The notes beneath the pieces were generated by a model. It made no database searches, had not been told where the DNA came from, and worked only from the letters and a program-made list of their open reading frames with translations. This document shows positions 1 through 14,919 of a stretch of DNA of 64,000 nucleotides, piece after piece (positions within the stretch are counted from its first letter, which is position 1; each line of letters starts with the position of its first letter). Both the position numbers and the translations under genes were made by a program. Origin of the DNA: the human T2T-CHM13v2.0 reference genome, Homo sapiens; the NCBI RefSeq assembly GCF_009914755.1, contig NC_060938.1. One strand, 5' to 3'.

Positions 1-1119
1 TTGGTTCAACAAATGAAATTTACAGATATTTTACATAAGTGTATATTGCAGAGCCCATTTCTTCTTTTGCATCAGGCTCAGACATGGCTTGTCATGGCAC
101 TGAGGAAGAGATTTATTCTTCTTGACTCTGGGGTTTCCTAGTCCTTTCTATCTCCATGATGATGGCCCAAATGAACTGAACTTCCCTAGAACTGTCTCTG
201 CACAATAACCTCATGGGTCTTCATTCCCTAATCTGACTTTTAAAGGCCTGCTGAGTAAAGAAATAAGATCCTAGGGAATTCTGAAGTAGGCGAAGATGTT
301 TCTGTAGTACTTCAATTTCCAACTTTACATCATTTTCCTTTCAAAGTATGCCCCCATTTTCACTCACTAACATTCATAGTATTTTACCTTTTTATCATCT
401 CAAAACATTTGAGAAATTTGTGGAATAAATTAACTCATTCTGAGGTAAAAAAAAATTTAAATCAGCTGAGTGGGCTCTACACACTGCACAGAAATAGTGT
501 CTGTTTTACAAAAATTAAAATTTTGCTAGCTAAAATAAAACACTAGCTGTTAAATGTCAAGTATTAACTCATGGGTGAAGAAGTGAAACCTTTCAATAGC
601 CCTTTAAAATTTTAACAATTACTTCTTAAACTACGCATAAAAACCAGTTTTAATATATATATAACACAAAAAAAACACAGAACAACTTTTTCAAAAAGGT
701 CAACAGTTTTAGTTACAAAACAATGTCTCTGGATGTGGACATTAAAAAGACTACTTCCAAGAAAATTAAATTTTTGAAGTCTTAATTAAATCCAAAATAG
801 GCAATGTGTGCCAACACTACAAAAGACATCAAAAGTCTCATCTGCCAAATGTTGCCCAATTTGAGTACAGATTTCATTTCCTATGTGAATGCCATGTCCT
901 ATTCCCTGAAACCTGAATGACTAACATTGAAAAATATAAGAAACATAAAGTGATAGGTATTATGTGCAGATTTTATTAATAGCACAACAAATAATCTTTA
1001 GTGAACAAAATGGACAGTTTCCATGACTGAATCTCAAGAATTAGAATTAGAATGACTGGATTTATAATTTAGATACACTGGCTTTTTACTTGGTGACTTA
1101 TTTAGGTAGTTACAATAAT

Positions 1120-1288
1120 TGATATTTTCTAAGCACTTAACATGTTCCAGGCATGATAATAGGCTGCTAATATAGTTTATTTGTTTACTTTTCACAAGAG
1201 TCCTATTTAATCTCCTTTCGCATATTTTTCATATGAGAAAACTAAGTATATTCTAAGATTATGGAACTTGCCCAAGTTTACACAGGGA
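1120..1288 (-). mobile_element. MIR SINE fragment
   Basis: MIR-like motifs 'aagcacttaacatgttccaggca...gagaaaactaag...aacttgcccaagtttacacag'; degraded. Confidence 0.55.
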
Positions 1289-2505
1289 TGTGGTTCAGGA
1301 CGTGCTATCCAAAATACAGCACCTTGACACAATGAGTATTTTAAGCTGAAGGAATTGATCAAACCACAGAAACAGGAAGATGTCTCTGAAGCAGGATATA
1401 GAAACAGTTAATAAAAGTAATTCACCTTGACCTTGTCTCCTGAAGCAGACCATAAAACCTAGCTGAGCTTCCCCTGAAAATAGGTCATAAGACTCTTATT
1501 TCAGGGGATTTTTGAAATATACCCAGAAGAAAGGAATGTCACACAGGAACACCAAGAAAAATCTGAAGGGGAGAAAATATAAATATTTTTTCTGAGTCCT
1601 CACAAGGTCTTTGCTAGGATACCTGTGTAAAAAAAAAAAAAAAAAAAAGACAAATGAACAGGAACAAAAAGGTATACAAATTTTACTAACATGTATATAG
1701 ATATAGGAGCCATGCACAGAGTATGAGACTCAAAGGAAGTGCCAGATAGCTGAAGTTTTTGTACCATCTTGAGGTTACAGAAGGAATAGGGGAAAGATAG
1801 GATATGGGAGGGAGAGAGGAGGAAAGGCATGGTGAGCAAAAGCAGACTTGTTATTGCAGAAATCTCACAGATAGCAACTCTCAGAAAGAATACATGGTGG
1901 CCTGCAGTAACATTTTTCTGTCAAAACTTCTTTGAAGGTATAAGATTTTAGTCTCTTTTTCTGTGAGTTAATCTTTCCTGGATCCGGATAAGAGGACCCT
2001 CAGAAAAAGTCTGTTTGCGTTGCTGTATTTTTTTACTAATGCAGATTTTCTCTATAATGCAAATCTCCCACACAAAAGGGCAATTTTTTCAGGGGTATTT
2101 CTGTGGGTTGCAGCCCTTCAGAATAGCCATATAGAAATACACCAAAAAAGTATATTTTGTGGTGAAATATTCTGGTTTCTGTCAGAACAAACAGGTCTTG
2201 CTAAATTTTCTCCCAGTTTATAGCTATTAGATCATATCTTCCTTTTTCCCAATCATGTTCCTCCACAACTGTCTACTTCTTCATCATGCTTAGCATAAAA
2301 TATACACAGTTTTCCCTGTTTCTTTGGGAAACACAGTTTTCCCCTCCGAATATACACAGTTTTCACCTCTGAAATTTCCATATTACGTAAAATTTATATT
2401 AAATACGTTGTATGGTTTTCTCTTGTAATCTGTCTTTTGTTACAGGAGTCACAGTCATGAACCTAGCGATGGGCGAGGAAAAGAAATAGCTTTTTCTCCT
2501 CTACA
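1289..2505 (+). mobile_element. ERV1-class solo LTR (MER34/MER39 group), interrupted by a second LTR
   Basis: Starts TGTGGTTCAGGACGTGCTATCCAAAATA, ends TTTCTCCTCTACA; host sequence resumes at 'gaacaaacaggtcttgc' (~2185). Confidence 0.65.
1564..2184 (-). mobile_element. Nested MER34-like ERV1 LTR, antisense to host LTR
   Basis: Right end 'ggtgaaatattctggtttctgtca' is the reverse complement of a MER34-type start (TG..GACCAGAATAT..CACC); left end reads ...TTTCTCCCCTTCA on the - strand. Confidence 0.6.
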
Positions 2506-2579
2506 GTTTCACAGATAGCACATGCAGAAAAGCCGGTGAGACACACATATTCAGCTGGAGAAAAGACTTGACACATCAC

Positions 2580-2774
2580 TTTTTATTTATTTATTTTGAG
2601 AAAGGATCTCACTCTGTCACCCAGGTTGAAGTGCAGTGGCACAATCTCGTCTCTGGTAGAGACAGGGTTTCACCATGTTGCCTAGGCTGATCTCGAACTA
2701 CTGAGTCCATTGGATCCACCCACCTTGGCCTCCCAAGGTTCTGAGATTACAGGCATGAGCAACTGTGTCCAGCT
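2580..2774 (-). mobile_element. AluJ-like element with ~100 bp internal deletion
   Basis: T-tail, right-arm end 'ctctgtcacccagg...caatctcg' joined to left-arm 'gtagagacagggtttcaccatg'. Confidence 0.85.
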
Positions 2775-3125
2775 CATACCACATTCTTAACATATGCTAC
2801 TACATTCTTTACTCACCAGCTTATAGTTCACTACTATTTTTCCTCTCCCTTTCTCATTTGTTAATTTATTAATTTTCCATGACTTGGGAGGCAAAACTTT
2901 TATGTAACATAATAGCAATCTGTATCCCTTTAAAAACATTGGCTGTTTTTACACGCCATGTAAACCTCAGTAAAATGAGTACCTTAGAGAATTATATAGA
3001 TTCCTCAGCAATTCCAAGAGATCCAATATCCTTTCCCTGTTGCAGACCAGAACTTTATCAGGCTACTTAGGTATGAAGTAAAACTACCAGTTCCTGTTTT
3101 CCATTAAGCAGAGCAAACAATAGGC

Positions 3126-3152
3126 AACAAACAAACAAACAAACAAACAAAC
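3126..3152. repeat. (AAAC)n microsatellite
   Basis: Direct reading. Confidence 0.9.
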
Positions 3153-4736
3153 CAGAATTCAAGCTTGTTGAAGCAACAATAGCAACGGAACAAATAATAA
3201 TATGAAATTTCAATACAGAATTCTGTCAAAGTTTTTCCTTCTACTGTTCACAAAAATGTTCACCAAAACATCAGGCTTACTGACATAGGACAAACTGCAT
3301 AATGCAATATGTTAAATAACAAGCATTGTCCATTATAATGAAAGGAAACAAGAGTCAAAGGCACGATATTCATAAAACACTTGGAATCTATAACCCACTA
3401 AAATTCAGGCTACCAGCCAAATATTACAACATCTTCAAACATCAGGTAACTTAAGGTGTATGATTTGAAACTGATAACACATAATTTCCAAAGAGCTCTG
3501 TATAGGTAAACAGTGGTGATGCAGTGAGCTATTTGTGTCGAGTATTTATTTCTTTGCTGTCTAATTGCTCCAACTCCCTAGACGTTAGGAGTCTATCACC
3601 TGCTGTTCCTCAGCTGCTAAGATCAGAGAATATAACACAGATGGAGTGAGCTATGTTCTCACGGCTGCTGCTTCACAGAGATAAGGCTGCAGGTTGGAGA
3701 AGTGCTCAGCTCTGCCTTCCTCTGAAAGAGCCTGAACAGCTATCAATAATTCCCAGTTACTCCTCTACCGTTATGTTAAACAACACTGCCTTGCATACAC
3801 AGGTGCAATTAGATAAAAGAGAGTTGTTTAAATCACTTGAAATGCCTGTAGCTTTATTATTGCAGATCTTTGTGTTGTCTCTCGTCTTTTCTTTTTTTAA
3901 AAAACCTCTTTTTCCTGCCCACTCCCTCCCCCAGGTCTACTGCCAAACTGCAATGATTTAAGAACCTGGTTAAAATATTGGGTCACATTTCTTCACCAGT
4001 TGCCTTGAGCGTGTTTGGGGAGCTATTCTTTAGCCACCCTTGTCATTCTGCTGTCATTCACAGCATTATATTTCTAGGTATGAGAACATTGCAAAAATCA
4101 GTTATGCTCATTCAGGAACATGTATTATGTCTGGATATGATCTCACAATTAAAATAAACCAATTTCCAGCAGCCAGGGTATGGTAGCTGCAATCCCTTGT
4201 ATCACTGAAATTTATACAGTTCTTAATTTTATCAAAGGACAAAGATCATTTTACCTCCAACTCCTAAATATGCAAATACAAACTCTCCACACCCTCTCCT
4301 GACACTGGAGAGTGGTAGAAAGGGTCGGACTGTGCTACTAAATCGGGCTTCATATAATTCACCATTTTGATCAGTTATCATAATTGACATCAGCTTTTGC
4401 TTCCTGTGAAGCAACACATGGAATGCACTTAGTACAGGGCCTCCTAGCCTATTTTCAAATATCAACTACTGCTGATTACCAATGTATTTTCGGCCCTTTC
4501 CCTCCTGATATGTCCTTGAGTATCAAGTTCAGTGGCTGTTTTCCCCCACTCAGCCTAGATACTCTGGGATTCTTTGAAAATAAGCTGATATGACTTTCAT
4601 TAGTGTCTCCACACTTTAAAAATTTATCACGAACACTGGTACAAGTGTTCTTTATTATATAGAAACAATGATAAGGGATTCATTGTCACAAGATTTTTAA
4701 GCAGTGAACTGATTAAATACTCATTGCTTGGGTTAA

Positions 4737-5060
<324 letters not shown>

Positions 5061-6108
5061 AATGCATATGTTTTTTAATAAGTGTTTCTCATACTTTTCC
5101 TTAATCTCCTTTATCGTACTAGCATCTTATTATTTACTGTTGATACAACATTCTGATTTCCCCTCTAAGCCCAAGGTAAGCTGCTTCTTACTAAAAACCA
5201 ATCATTTTAGAAACAATTAAACATGACCAAGCAAAGACTGAGCTTTATGGTCACACTCTATTATGTAAATGAGGTAATTTAAAACAAACTTAGTGTTTTT
5301 TTCTTTTATATTTAAGCTTATATTGTTTTACCTAGATGTTTAAGCAACTCTGCCAAATGTACAGTTCACACTGTATCATAAATACTATTACAAATTTATT
5401 AAAATTATTTTCTGACATTTATGTAGTATATATGCATATATATTTTAAACTTTAGTTTAATTAAAAGGTGTTAAATAATTAGTAAACCTTAGAAGTAAAT
5501 TATTTTCCGGATTAATGAATTTCTAATTTTATATAAAATTCAATTGGAAAATAGCACTACAGTATTCTCTTAGCAGACCACATCTTCTGTTTGCTACCTA
5601 AGAGATAATCTACAACCTCAAGTCTCTATGGTTGTGTACAATTCATCTGAGCTCATCAGGCTTACTGGAGAGTCAGGTTTCCCTCTGTGATGCAATATTT
5701 CATAGACTAAGCATCTTTACCATTTCCCCCGGATGTTCATGGTTTCACACCTTGGAATAGTAGAGGCCACCAGGCTCCTCTAGCCCATAGTGTGTTTCCA
5801 CATTGACATCCTCCCAGTGGATACCCCAGTCAACAGACACCAGCAGCACCGGTTATGGCAGCAGTTTATTTTAGTCTCCTCGATGACCCAGAATTTCTTC
5901 TTTCCTTCAGTAACTGGTACTTCTAGGAAAAATACCTCTGAGAAAACCTCCTTATCTCTTATGATCTCTTGGTAGCTACACAACTCATTATTACTTTCTT
6001 GACTCCATGTTAAAAATTCATGTTAGGCATGATTTTACAAGCATTTGGTGTCCTGTACAATGTCATTAAAGAAGGAGTATCTGTAAGGGGAAACGTGAGA
6101 TATTTTCT

Positions 6109-6599
6109 GTGAAGTTGGAAGACACGGTACTCAAGACCATCCTCACTTTGAATACCAGTTGTATGTTTGGGGGTTTCCCAAGATCACTCTCAGATTTAAC
6201 AAGTCACTAGAAAGACCCAGGGAACTCACTGAAAGCCGTGATATATTCATGGTTATGGTTTATTACAGAGAAAGAATATAGAATAAAATCTGCCAAGGGA
6301 AGAGGTGCACAGGGTGGAGTTCAATGAAGTGGGGGTGTGGGTGTTTCAAATGTGAGGCTTCTATTATTTTCAGGATGCATTACCCTCCTGACATCAATGT
6401 GTGACAATATGCATAGAATATTGCCAACCGAGGAGGCTCCTCAGAACTTTAGTTTCCAGAGATTTTACTGGAACTCTATGTTTGACTGCCCACATGGCTG
6501 ACCTCTAGTCTATGGACTGTTGGAGGCTGAATGGATACCATGTGGCCCAAAGACGTCATCATAATTCACATGAACAGCAGCACTATTTCAATTTATGAC
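6109..6599. mobile_element. ERVL-class LTR, MER77/MER21/MER68 family
   Basis: 'gggggtttcccaagatcactctcag...gaactcactgaaagc...catggttatggtttattacagagaaagaatatag' matches the family core. Confidence 0.65.
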
Positions 6600-7061
6600 A
6601 TGTAATATGTATGGATCAGTGGAGCTTGTGGTTTTCATTGTTCTGTGTGTGTGAGGGTGATGATAGAAACCATGAATTATTTTGCCTAATGACAGTATTT
6701 TAATGCATATCTTTTGAATTTAGCAGGCCAGTAGATTTTTTGTTGATTCTCAGATCAGCTGAGGTCTCCCTAGCACCTCCGATTTGAGTTTCAGAATCCT
6801 ATATAGATAATATTCTAGGGAAGTCCATTGACTCAGATTTTATTGGTTTATAGAAACATGATTGTATTGTATTTATTTGGATTTGAATATAAGTAAAATA
6901 TTTTCCATGGTAACTGTTTTTTTCTAGGAATATGTGATATCTCTCTAATTATTCAGGTCTTGTTTTACATTTTTAAGTAGAGATTTATTACTTTCTTCAT
7001 AACAGTCTTGCAGATTAATGTTGTTTAACCCTTCTTTTATTTGTATTGTGGGAAAGATACT

Positions 7062-7424
7062 TGTATTCGTCTGTTTTCATGCTGCTAATAAAGGCAAACC
7101 TGAAACTGGGTAATTTATACAGGAAAGAGGTTTAATTGACCCACAGTTCCACGTGGCTAGGAAGCCTCACGATCATGGCAGAAAGCAAAGGGGAAGCAAG
7201 ACATGTCTTACATGGCAGCAAGCAAGAGAGCGTGTGCAGGGAAACTGCCCTTTTATAAAATCATCACATCTCATGAGACTTATTCACTATCATGACAACA
7301 GCACGGGAAAAACCTGCCCCCATGAATCAATTAACTCCCACTGGGTCCCTTCCACAATATGCGGGAATTATGGGAATTACAATTCAAGATGAGATTTGGG
7401 TGAGGACACAACAAAACCATATCA
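7062..7424 (-). mobile_element. THE1 (B/C/D) MaLR solo LTR
   Basis: 363 bp, TGTATT...AACCATATCA ends; 5-bp TSD ATACT/ACACT. Confidence 0.9.
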
Positions 7425-8249
7425 ACACTTTTACATTACTTTTAAAAAATCTGTTTATTTCTGATATTATAGAACTACAGTATAGAGCAGGGATATGGCA
7501 TAAGGTATAATATATCTTGTCTTGAATGTTACTGTATTCTCTCATAAATTTGAATATAATGTTAATGTACCTATATTTCTATGTATTATTAATAATAAAA
7601 GCTATCATTATTAACATTCCACTACTAAGATGACTAAATTCTTCAATTTTCTACTATATTTCTTAAAATAATAATATAAATAATAGTTGTTCAATTGGGC
7701 ATCATTTCTTTGTTCTCTGTTAATAAGGGGTTTTCTATTGATTCATGATATTCTTCAATAGGGTAAATATCTTGTGTCCTATTCTTAGTTTGTCACATGA
7801 TTGTTTTTTAAAAATTAAAAATGCATACTGATTTCAAATTATTTTTTCATATCTTAAAATATATTTGTAGTTTTCTTTTTTAATCTAATAATATGTATTT
7901 TTATTATTTCCTACTTCCTCATAACATTTAAGACTTAATTTTTGTAGAAAAATTTTAGCTGCATTGTGTAATATTTTTATATGTTGTATTCTCAGTTTTG
8001 TTCAATTCTAGTTTATTACATACTTTGATTTCCTGTTTATTTGAATAAATATTTGGAAATGTAAAACATTTGATCTTTATTCCATTTCTTCCTTCCCTCC
8101 TTTCTTCTTTTCTTCTTCTTTCAATTTTCTAATACCACTTTCCAAAACTGAACAATTTGTGCTAAATATTTTTGTGTTTGGCTTTATAATGTTGTTGGAT
8201 TTTTAAAATCCAAAACATTGTTATACTGGCAAACACTATGGTTTGCTTA

Positions 8250-8985
8250 GTTAATAGGTGTTCTCCAATTTTGCATACCAACAAAACTCCTTGTTTTGAC
8301 TCCAAAGTTCCCAGTCGCAGAGGATTCATTATCATTGGTTTTGGTCATAGAAACCAATCTTATTCTCCTTGATAAATCCTTGCTTTCATGACTGTCCTGG
8401 CTGCTAGAGCTGGGCATGTGACCTAGTTCTGTCCAATGAGTTGTAACTGGAGATATCCTGAGGAAGCAATTGGAAAAAGAATATCCTCTTAGATAATAAG
8501 GGGATAACAGATGGAGATAGCTCCTGCTTCTTCTGCCTCCTGCCCTTGAATAAAACCTAACTCTGCAGTGGCTGAAGCTGTGACAATCCTTTGGTCTCCC
8601 AGGGAAAAACAAGAAAATTATAATAGAAACAGCTTAACGTCTATATATGTACCAACTTTTCTTGATGTTAGTTGCAGTCAGGTCATTAAGTTCTGACGAA
8701 AGATATGCAACTTTTGATATTTTTCCTCTTTCTAGTTTATCCTGTTGCATACAGCTCTAGCTAAAGCAATTTTTTTTACCTTAAGGTGAATTGAAAATGG
8801 AATTCCAAATAAAAATGATGTAACAACAAAAGAAAATGTTAGATATCCAATTCTGTAGGGCATCTTTCAGCCATGGTTCATGTATCTGAACTTTTACACA
8901 GTAAATAATTAAATTTCCATATTTTTAGCCAGTTTTTATTTTGAATTTTCTGTCCCTTAAATCCAAAACTAATCTTAACTAATAC
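8250..8985. mobile_element. Degraded ERVL LTR fragments (LTR16/LTR33-like)
   Basis: 'gctgggcatgtgacctagttctgtccaatgag' and end motif 'aactaatcttaactaatac'. Confidence 0.4.
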
Positions 8986-11209
8986 TGGTGTTGACTCAGA
9001 ATCCTGATTTTTGTGAGATGAGTAAGGAAAAGCGTGACTGCTTAACTTTAGGTTCTTGTTAAGTGAAATATTTTCTTACTTCATGGTTGGTTTTTCTGTT
9101 GCTTATAGGAAAAGTGTTCACTATAAAAAATAAAGACTTCACAGATATAGCCATAGATTTGATAATTATCCTTATTTGTTATATTAATTTCTCTACGTGA
9201 GGAGAAAAGGAACTGCCAATAACCTACAGAATTGATACTTCTGGGGTACATTTTGAAGCATCATATTTGAAAACAAACCTACTGACCTCTGTTGCTGATT
9301 TTCATAGGCAGAGCTTTTAAAGAAAGTAATCTCCCTTATAATATAGCATTTACATTTCCATATTTCATAGCTATAATATAGTTTTATAGCATGATAGTAC
9401 AATTTCTATTTAATTTGATACCTGACTTAATATATGTGTATGTGTATTTATCTATGTGTTTAAATTCTAATATTCAAAATTGTTCCAAAAACACAATTCT
9501 GCCCTTTGTGATATGATAAAGCCCAGATAGAAAGCTCTTAATTTTTGTCATTCAAACATCTACACTTTAATGCTTAAATAAAAGCTGTCATCCAAATATA
9601 AAGCATTCTCTGGAGATATTACATATTTTAAAGATCATGGCTAGTGGACTGAGTTTAGTAAATTAATACGTAAAAAGTTAATTCTAAGTTAATTTCATAA
9701 AGAATGTCCAGGGGACAATAAGTAGCTTGAAGAAGACAATTGTTCAGAAAAGTAGAAAGTTGTTGCTTTTTCCAGCTGGTTGATATTTCAGGGTCATTTT
9801 GTATTTTAAAATTGCCAGTCTTTCTACCACTTGAATATCTTGGAGCTGTGTATATGAACATAGTCAACTCTTTCATTGCCTTGAGCATTGCTGGAGGATA
9901 TTCAAGCTATTTGCTGATCTCTAGCTATGTTTTAACCAAACTTTATTTTATAAAGAGTCCCTAGGTGCAACTATGAGGCATTTTTATGCCTCCTTTGATT
10001 GATTCTTCCAGCCATAGCCCTCGGTGATTTGGTAATACTTTAAATCCTTGCCTAAGTTGTTTCACTATTAGATAACCAGTGTGTAGACCTGCCAGAATAT
10101 TTGTATTCCTTTCTCTGTGGCCAAGAACTGACTTAATGTTCCCTGAGAGAATTTCATTGTTTGATGGCCCTCCTCATTCTGTTTTCTACGGTCTGTGGTT
10201 TTACACAAAACTTATTATCTTTGAAGTTAGGCCTCATCTTCTTATCCTTCTAATCCTATCACCTCCAGTTTTTTTTTTCTTAGAGATGGAATTAAAAGGC
10301 AGTCATACCTGATTTTGAAACTAAGCCCCACTAGTGTTTGACTAAGGCTAAGAAACTGACCTCTTTACCACAAGTTCCATAAACTGCACATTGTAAAAAA
10401 TAAAGTTGTGATGTAATAGTGCCAGTCACATGGTAACTACTTAATAAACTTCAGTTTATCTCTTTCCCTTTTACTCATATTGCAATTATAATTTGTTCTT
10501 TTGTATTGAAGAACTAATGGACTTTTTAATAATAAATATAGTCTTCAGTCAACATTTATTGCATATGTATAATCAGATTTAATCAATAATTTTTTTTATT
10601 GTTTTTGTTCTTGAGTTAACTGGTTGCTAATTTGTAACTCAGAACTTTTCTGATTAATAGGACAACTATGCATTTTTTAAATAAGAAATACATGGTTGAA
10701 ATAGAGCAATACCAATTTGTTACTACATTTGGATGAGTGTGCACATTTTTGAATTTATTGAATAATAGTAATTTTTATGATTAAACCATTCATTAGTACT
10801 TTAGAATATATTAACCTGGAGTTTTCAAATTTATATTCAAGGCGATTGTATGTTAAAATGCAAATATTTTATATTCAGGTTTTGTAAAAAATATTGTTTT
10901 GCCTCTCTTAAGCTTTAAACATTGATTTAAATAAGGTCTAAGTAATCAATTTATTAAGTGATCAATCTTTGTATTCAACATGACTTTTATGTTCCCAAAA
11001 CTATCTTAATCTCACCTAGAATTTTATACTTACACTTCAGGATTCTTAGTTCCATAGCAATATTGTTCTAGTTTTACATACAGGAGAATTTTGCTTTTAA
11101 CTTGTGGTGTAAAACCATGATATTTTCTTAGCAGTTAACCATGTTTGTTTGTTATTTTAGCTACTGTAAATTGGATTTATGCCTGGGATTTAGTAAGCCC
11201 AGGACATAG

Positions 11210-11616
<407 letters not shown>

Positions 11617-11809
11617 GAAACTGTCTATTTTTCTGAGAAATTCCAATATCGTGGGCATCTCAATATTTTTAGAAAAATTAAAAGCTTTTATTCCTAAATA
11701 AGCTTATAGAAATAAAAAAATTGCAATTTTTTTAAAAAATTCAAAACATTTTTCATTAATCATTTTACAAAGATACTACTGGGAGAATTAGTCCATTAAA
11801 AATAATGGG

Positions 11810-14710
11810 TGATATCTTCTTCTTCCACTTAGAACATAGAGTTGCAAGAGGATTGTCTCTTCAATCCTAACCACGCGAAACTTAAAGTCATAGTTTCTTA
11901 AGCTCATTAGAGATGGGAGCATGCAAAGAAACCTACTAAATTATAACCCACACAGTGATTTGCTTAGAATAGAAGTGATCCACAAATGCTTTAATCTGTG
12001 GCCAAACAGCTGAATAATGAAGAAGCCACCAAAGCTATGAGCAAGAAGAAAACAGTTATACTTTCAATGAGTTGTTAAAGACTAATAACAGACTGGTATG
12101 ACAGAATCCCTAGGAGACATAGATGAAAAATATCTGCAACTATCCGCCAACTCTTTCCCACAAGCCTTATTGAGCTCTCATGAGAAAGATTGTGGGCAGC
12201 ACAGGAGAGCTGAGACAGATTCCATGGGAGGTTCAGGTGTGTAGGGCCTGCTGAAGTCTGAGGGGAAGAAGTAGGACTGAGAGAAACCTCTGGACACTTC
12301 AGATACTCATCATGTGGTAATGTGATGAGCCTGCTAAAATGTGAGGGCAGAGCAGTATAACTGCGAGAAAGCCCTTAGGCCATGGTGCCTTATACTTAAT
12401 AGGGAAAAGCACCTCTCTGTGCCTAGAGAACAGGTGAGAATGACTTCTAAAGGTGCAAAGGTACAGAGATTACTGAGGTCTGAGGACAATGAGAAAAAAA
12501 AAATGGAGGGCATCCCTATATGCACTCTGGGTCTGACAATAAGCATGCAGCAGATGCCATTTGTAGCTGGGTGTGGGGAAAGAAAGATGAAATAAAACTA
12601 TCCCAAGTGCATGAGCATGAGATCTGATGACATGAAAATAAATGGCTCAGACACTCAGATCCCAAGTTTATTAAAATAAAGGTTCTAAAACTACCCTCAA
12701 ATAATTTGAAACCTGTAGGGAACTAAATCTAACTGAAGCAACAACAGAGTTTAGACCTAGGTCAACTATAGGCTAGGTTGACTCAGAAGGAGCATGCCCT
12801 TTTATAGCCAAAAATATTTACGTCAGCATCTATTTTTTTTCACAAATTGTCCAGAACGTAAGCAAAATTTATTAGACAAATGAAGAGGAAAGAAAATGCT
12901 TCAGGAGAGAAGCAGTCAAGAGATGTGAGAATTATCAAACAGGGACTTAAAAATAACTGTAATAAAAATGTTAAACGGTCTTAAGGATAGGCCAGCTATT
13001 TTAAAGTAACTATGTGAAATATGTTAAATGACCTTGGGCAAAAAGCAGATGACAACAAGCAGGAACAGATGGGAACTACTAGCACAGCATATATTATAAA
13101 GAATAAGGTCAACGGAAAATGCTAGAAATTAAAAATATGGCAACAGAAATGAATAATTATTCTGATCAGCTAGCTTATTGGAAGACTGCACAGCAGAGGA
13201 AAGAATCAGTGAGTCAGTGACCAACATGCAAGTAAGTAGAAACTGTTCAAATTGAAACACCAAAAGTAAAAGAGTGTATTACTCCATTCTGTCATTGCTA
13301 TAAAGAACTACTTGAGACTGGGTAATTTATAAAGAAAAGAGTCTTAATTGAATTAAAGTTCCACAGACTGTACAGGAAGCATGGCTAGGGAGGCCTCAGG
13401 AGACTTACAATCATGGCAGAAGGTGAAGGAGGAGCTGGCACATCCTACATGGATGGAGCAGAAGGAAGAGTGAGCAGTGGGAGGTGATACACACTTTTAA
13501 ACAACCAGCTCTCATGAGAACTCACTCACTACCATGAGAACAGCACAGGAGAAATCCACCCCCATAATCCAATCACTTCCCACCAGGCTCCTCATCCAAC
13601 ACTGGGGATCACAATTCTACATGAGATTTGAGTGGGGACACAAATCCAAACCATATCAAAGAGTAAATAAAAGAAAATGGAGCTTGCAAGATTAAAGGGA
13701 TGCTATAAAATACAAATATTGAATATAAAATTAAATCATAATATGAAACATAGTCATTGAAGCTCAAGAAGTTGAAGTAAAATTGCACAGAAGAAACTAT
13801 TTAAAGATAGAATAGCAAATGTTTTTTCAAAATTGGTATTACATCAATTCACAGGTTAAGCACAATGTGTATGCTGAAACTGTACGTGGACATATCATGG
13901 TGGAACTGCTGAAAAACAAAGGAAAAGAGGAAACAGTAAAAACTGGTGGAGGAAAAAAGACATTACATTCTTTAAGGTGGAATAACATTGAGACAATTGC
14001 TGATTTCTTACCAGAAATGATTGAAACCAAAAAAAATTAGAATGAAATATTTATACTGTTGGAAAAAAATTATGCATAAAAATTTCTATATTCAAAGAAA
14101 TAATCTTGTAAAATAAAGGTAAAATAAAGGTATGTTTAAATAAAAGCTCAAAGAATTTGCAGCAATGCATTTCAAGAAAGACTAAAATAAGTTCTTCAGG
14201 CTATAGAAAGTGAATATCTATAAATCTAATACACATAAACCTAGAACATCAGAAAGATGTAAATATATAGAACATATTTACAAAAAATTTTGAAATATCT
14301 ACATCTATGTTCATAACTTTATATCAATATTTGTATCTATCTCTTTAAATGTCTTTAAGATACTATGGACTGTTTAAAGCAATATAACAATGAACTGTGA
14401 TATCCTGTAACATTTGTGTAATTAAATATATGATGAGAACACAAAAATCAGGAAGGTAATAATTCAAATTATATTTTTGTAAAATTCTTATTGTTTATAA
14501 AGTAGTACATTATTTTAGAAGCTAGATTGTTATAGATTAAAGATACATAAGAGAAACGACAAAATAAATAACACAAAGAAACACGACTAAAAATGAAAAG
14601 AAGAGATAAAATGGAATACTAAAAATATCAATTCACTCTAGAGATGAAAAACAAATACCATTTTAGTAGACTTAAACTCAAACATAGTAATTATTACATT
14701 AAAAGTAAAT
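11810..14710 (+). mobile_element. Ancient L1M (MD/ME-age) 5'UTR/ORF1 to start of ORF2, degenerate
   Basis: A-rich ORF1 remnants (13819-14040 'HIMVELLKNKGKE...IADFLPEMIE'); ORF2 start-like 'taattattacattaaaagtaaatg' at ~14690. Confidence 0.65.
13275..13658 (-). mobile_element. MST (MSTA/B) MaLR solo LTR
   Basis: TGTATT...CCAAACCATATCA; perfect 5-bp TSD AAGAG. Confidence 0.9.
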
Positions 14711-14919
14711 GTCATTTGGTTCTTCTAGAAAGTTTACTCACACAGAGTAGAAGTTCAAGATATTTTCTCACGGTAACACCTGTGAATAACAAACACGAGG
14801 GTCATTAGGAATAGCAGGAAAGCATTTCTATTGCCAATGTATTAATACTGGTAAAACTAGAAAGAGAAGGAAAACAGATTGCATAAAAAGAGCTTTAGAT
14901 TGTAAAGTATCTTTTTCAT

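Noticed and set aside
3653-3961. 102-aa ORF in unique sequence (also 8247-8612 and 29727-30056)
   Set aside because: No recognisable domain, exon structure or coding composition; lengths within chance expectation.
9975-9992. Perfect hairpin GAGGCAT-TTTT-ATGCCTC (and CCTGGG..CCCAGG at ~11182-11203)
   Set aside because: 6-7 bp stems are expected by chance in 64 kb; no miRNA/snoRNA context.
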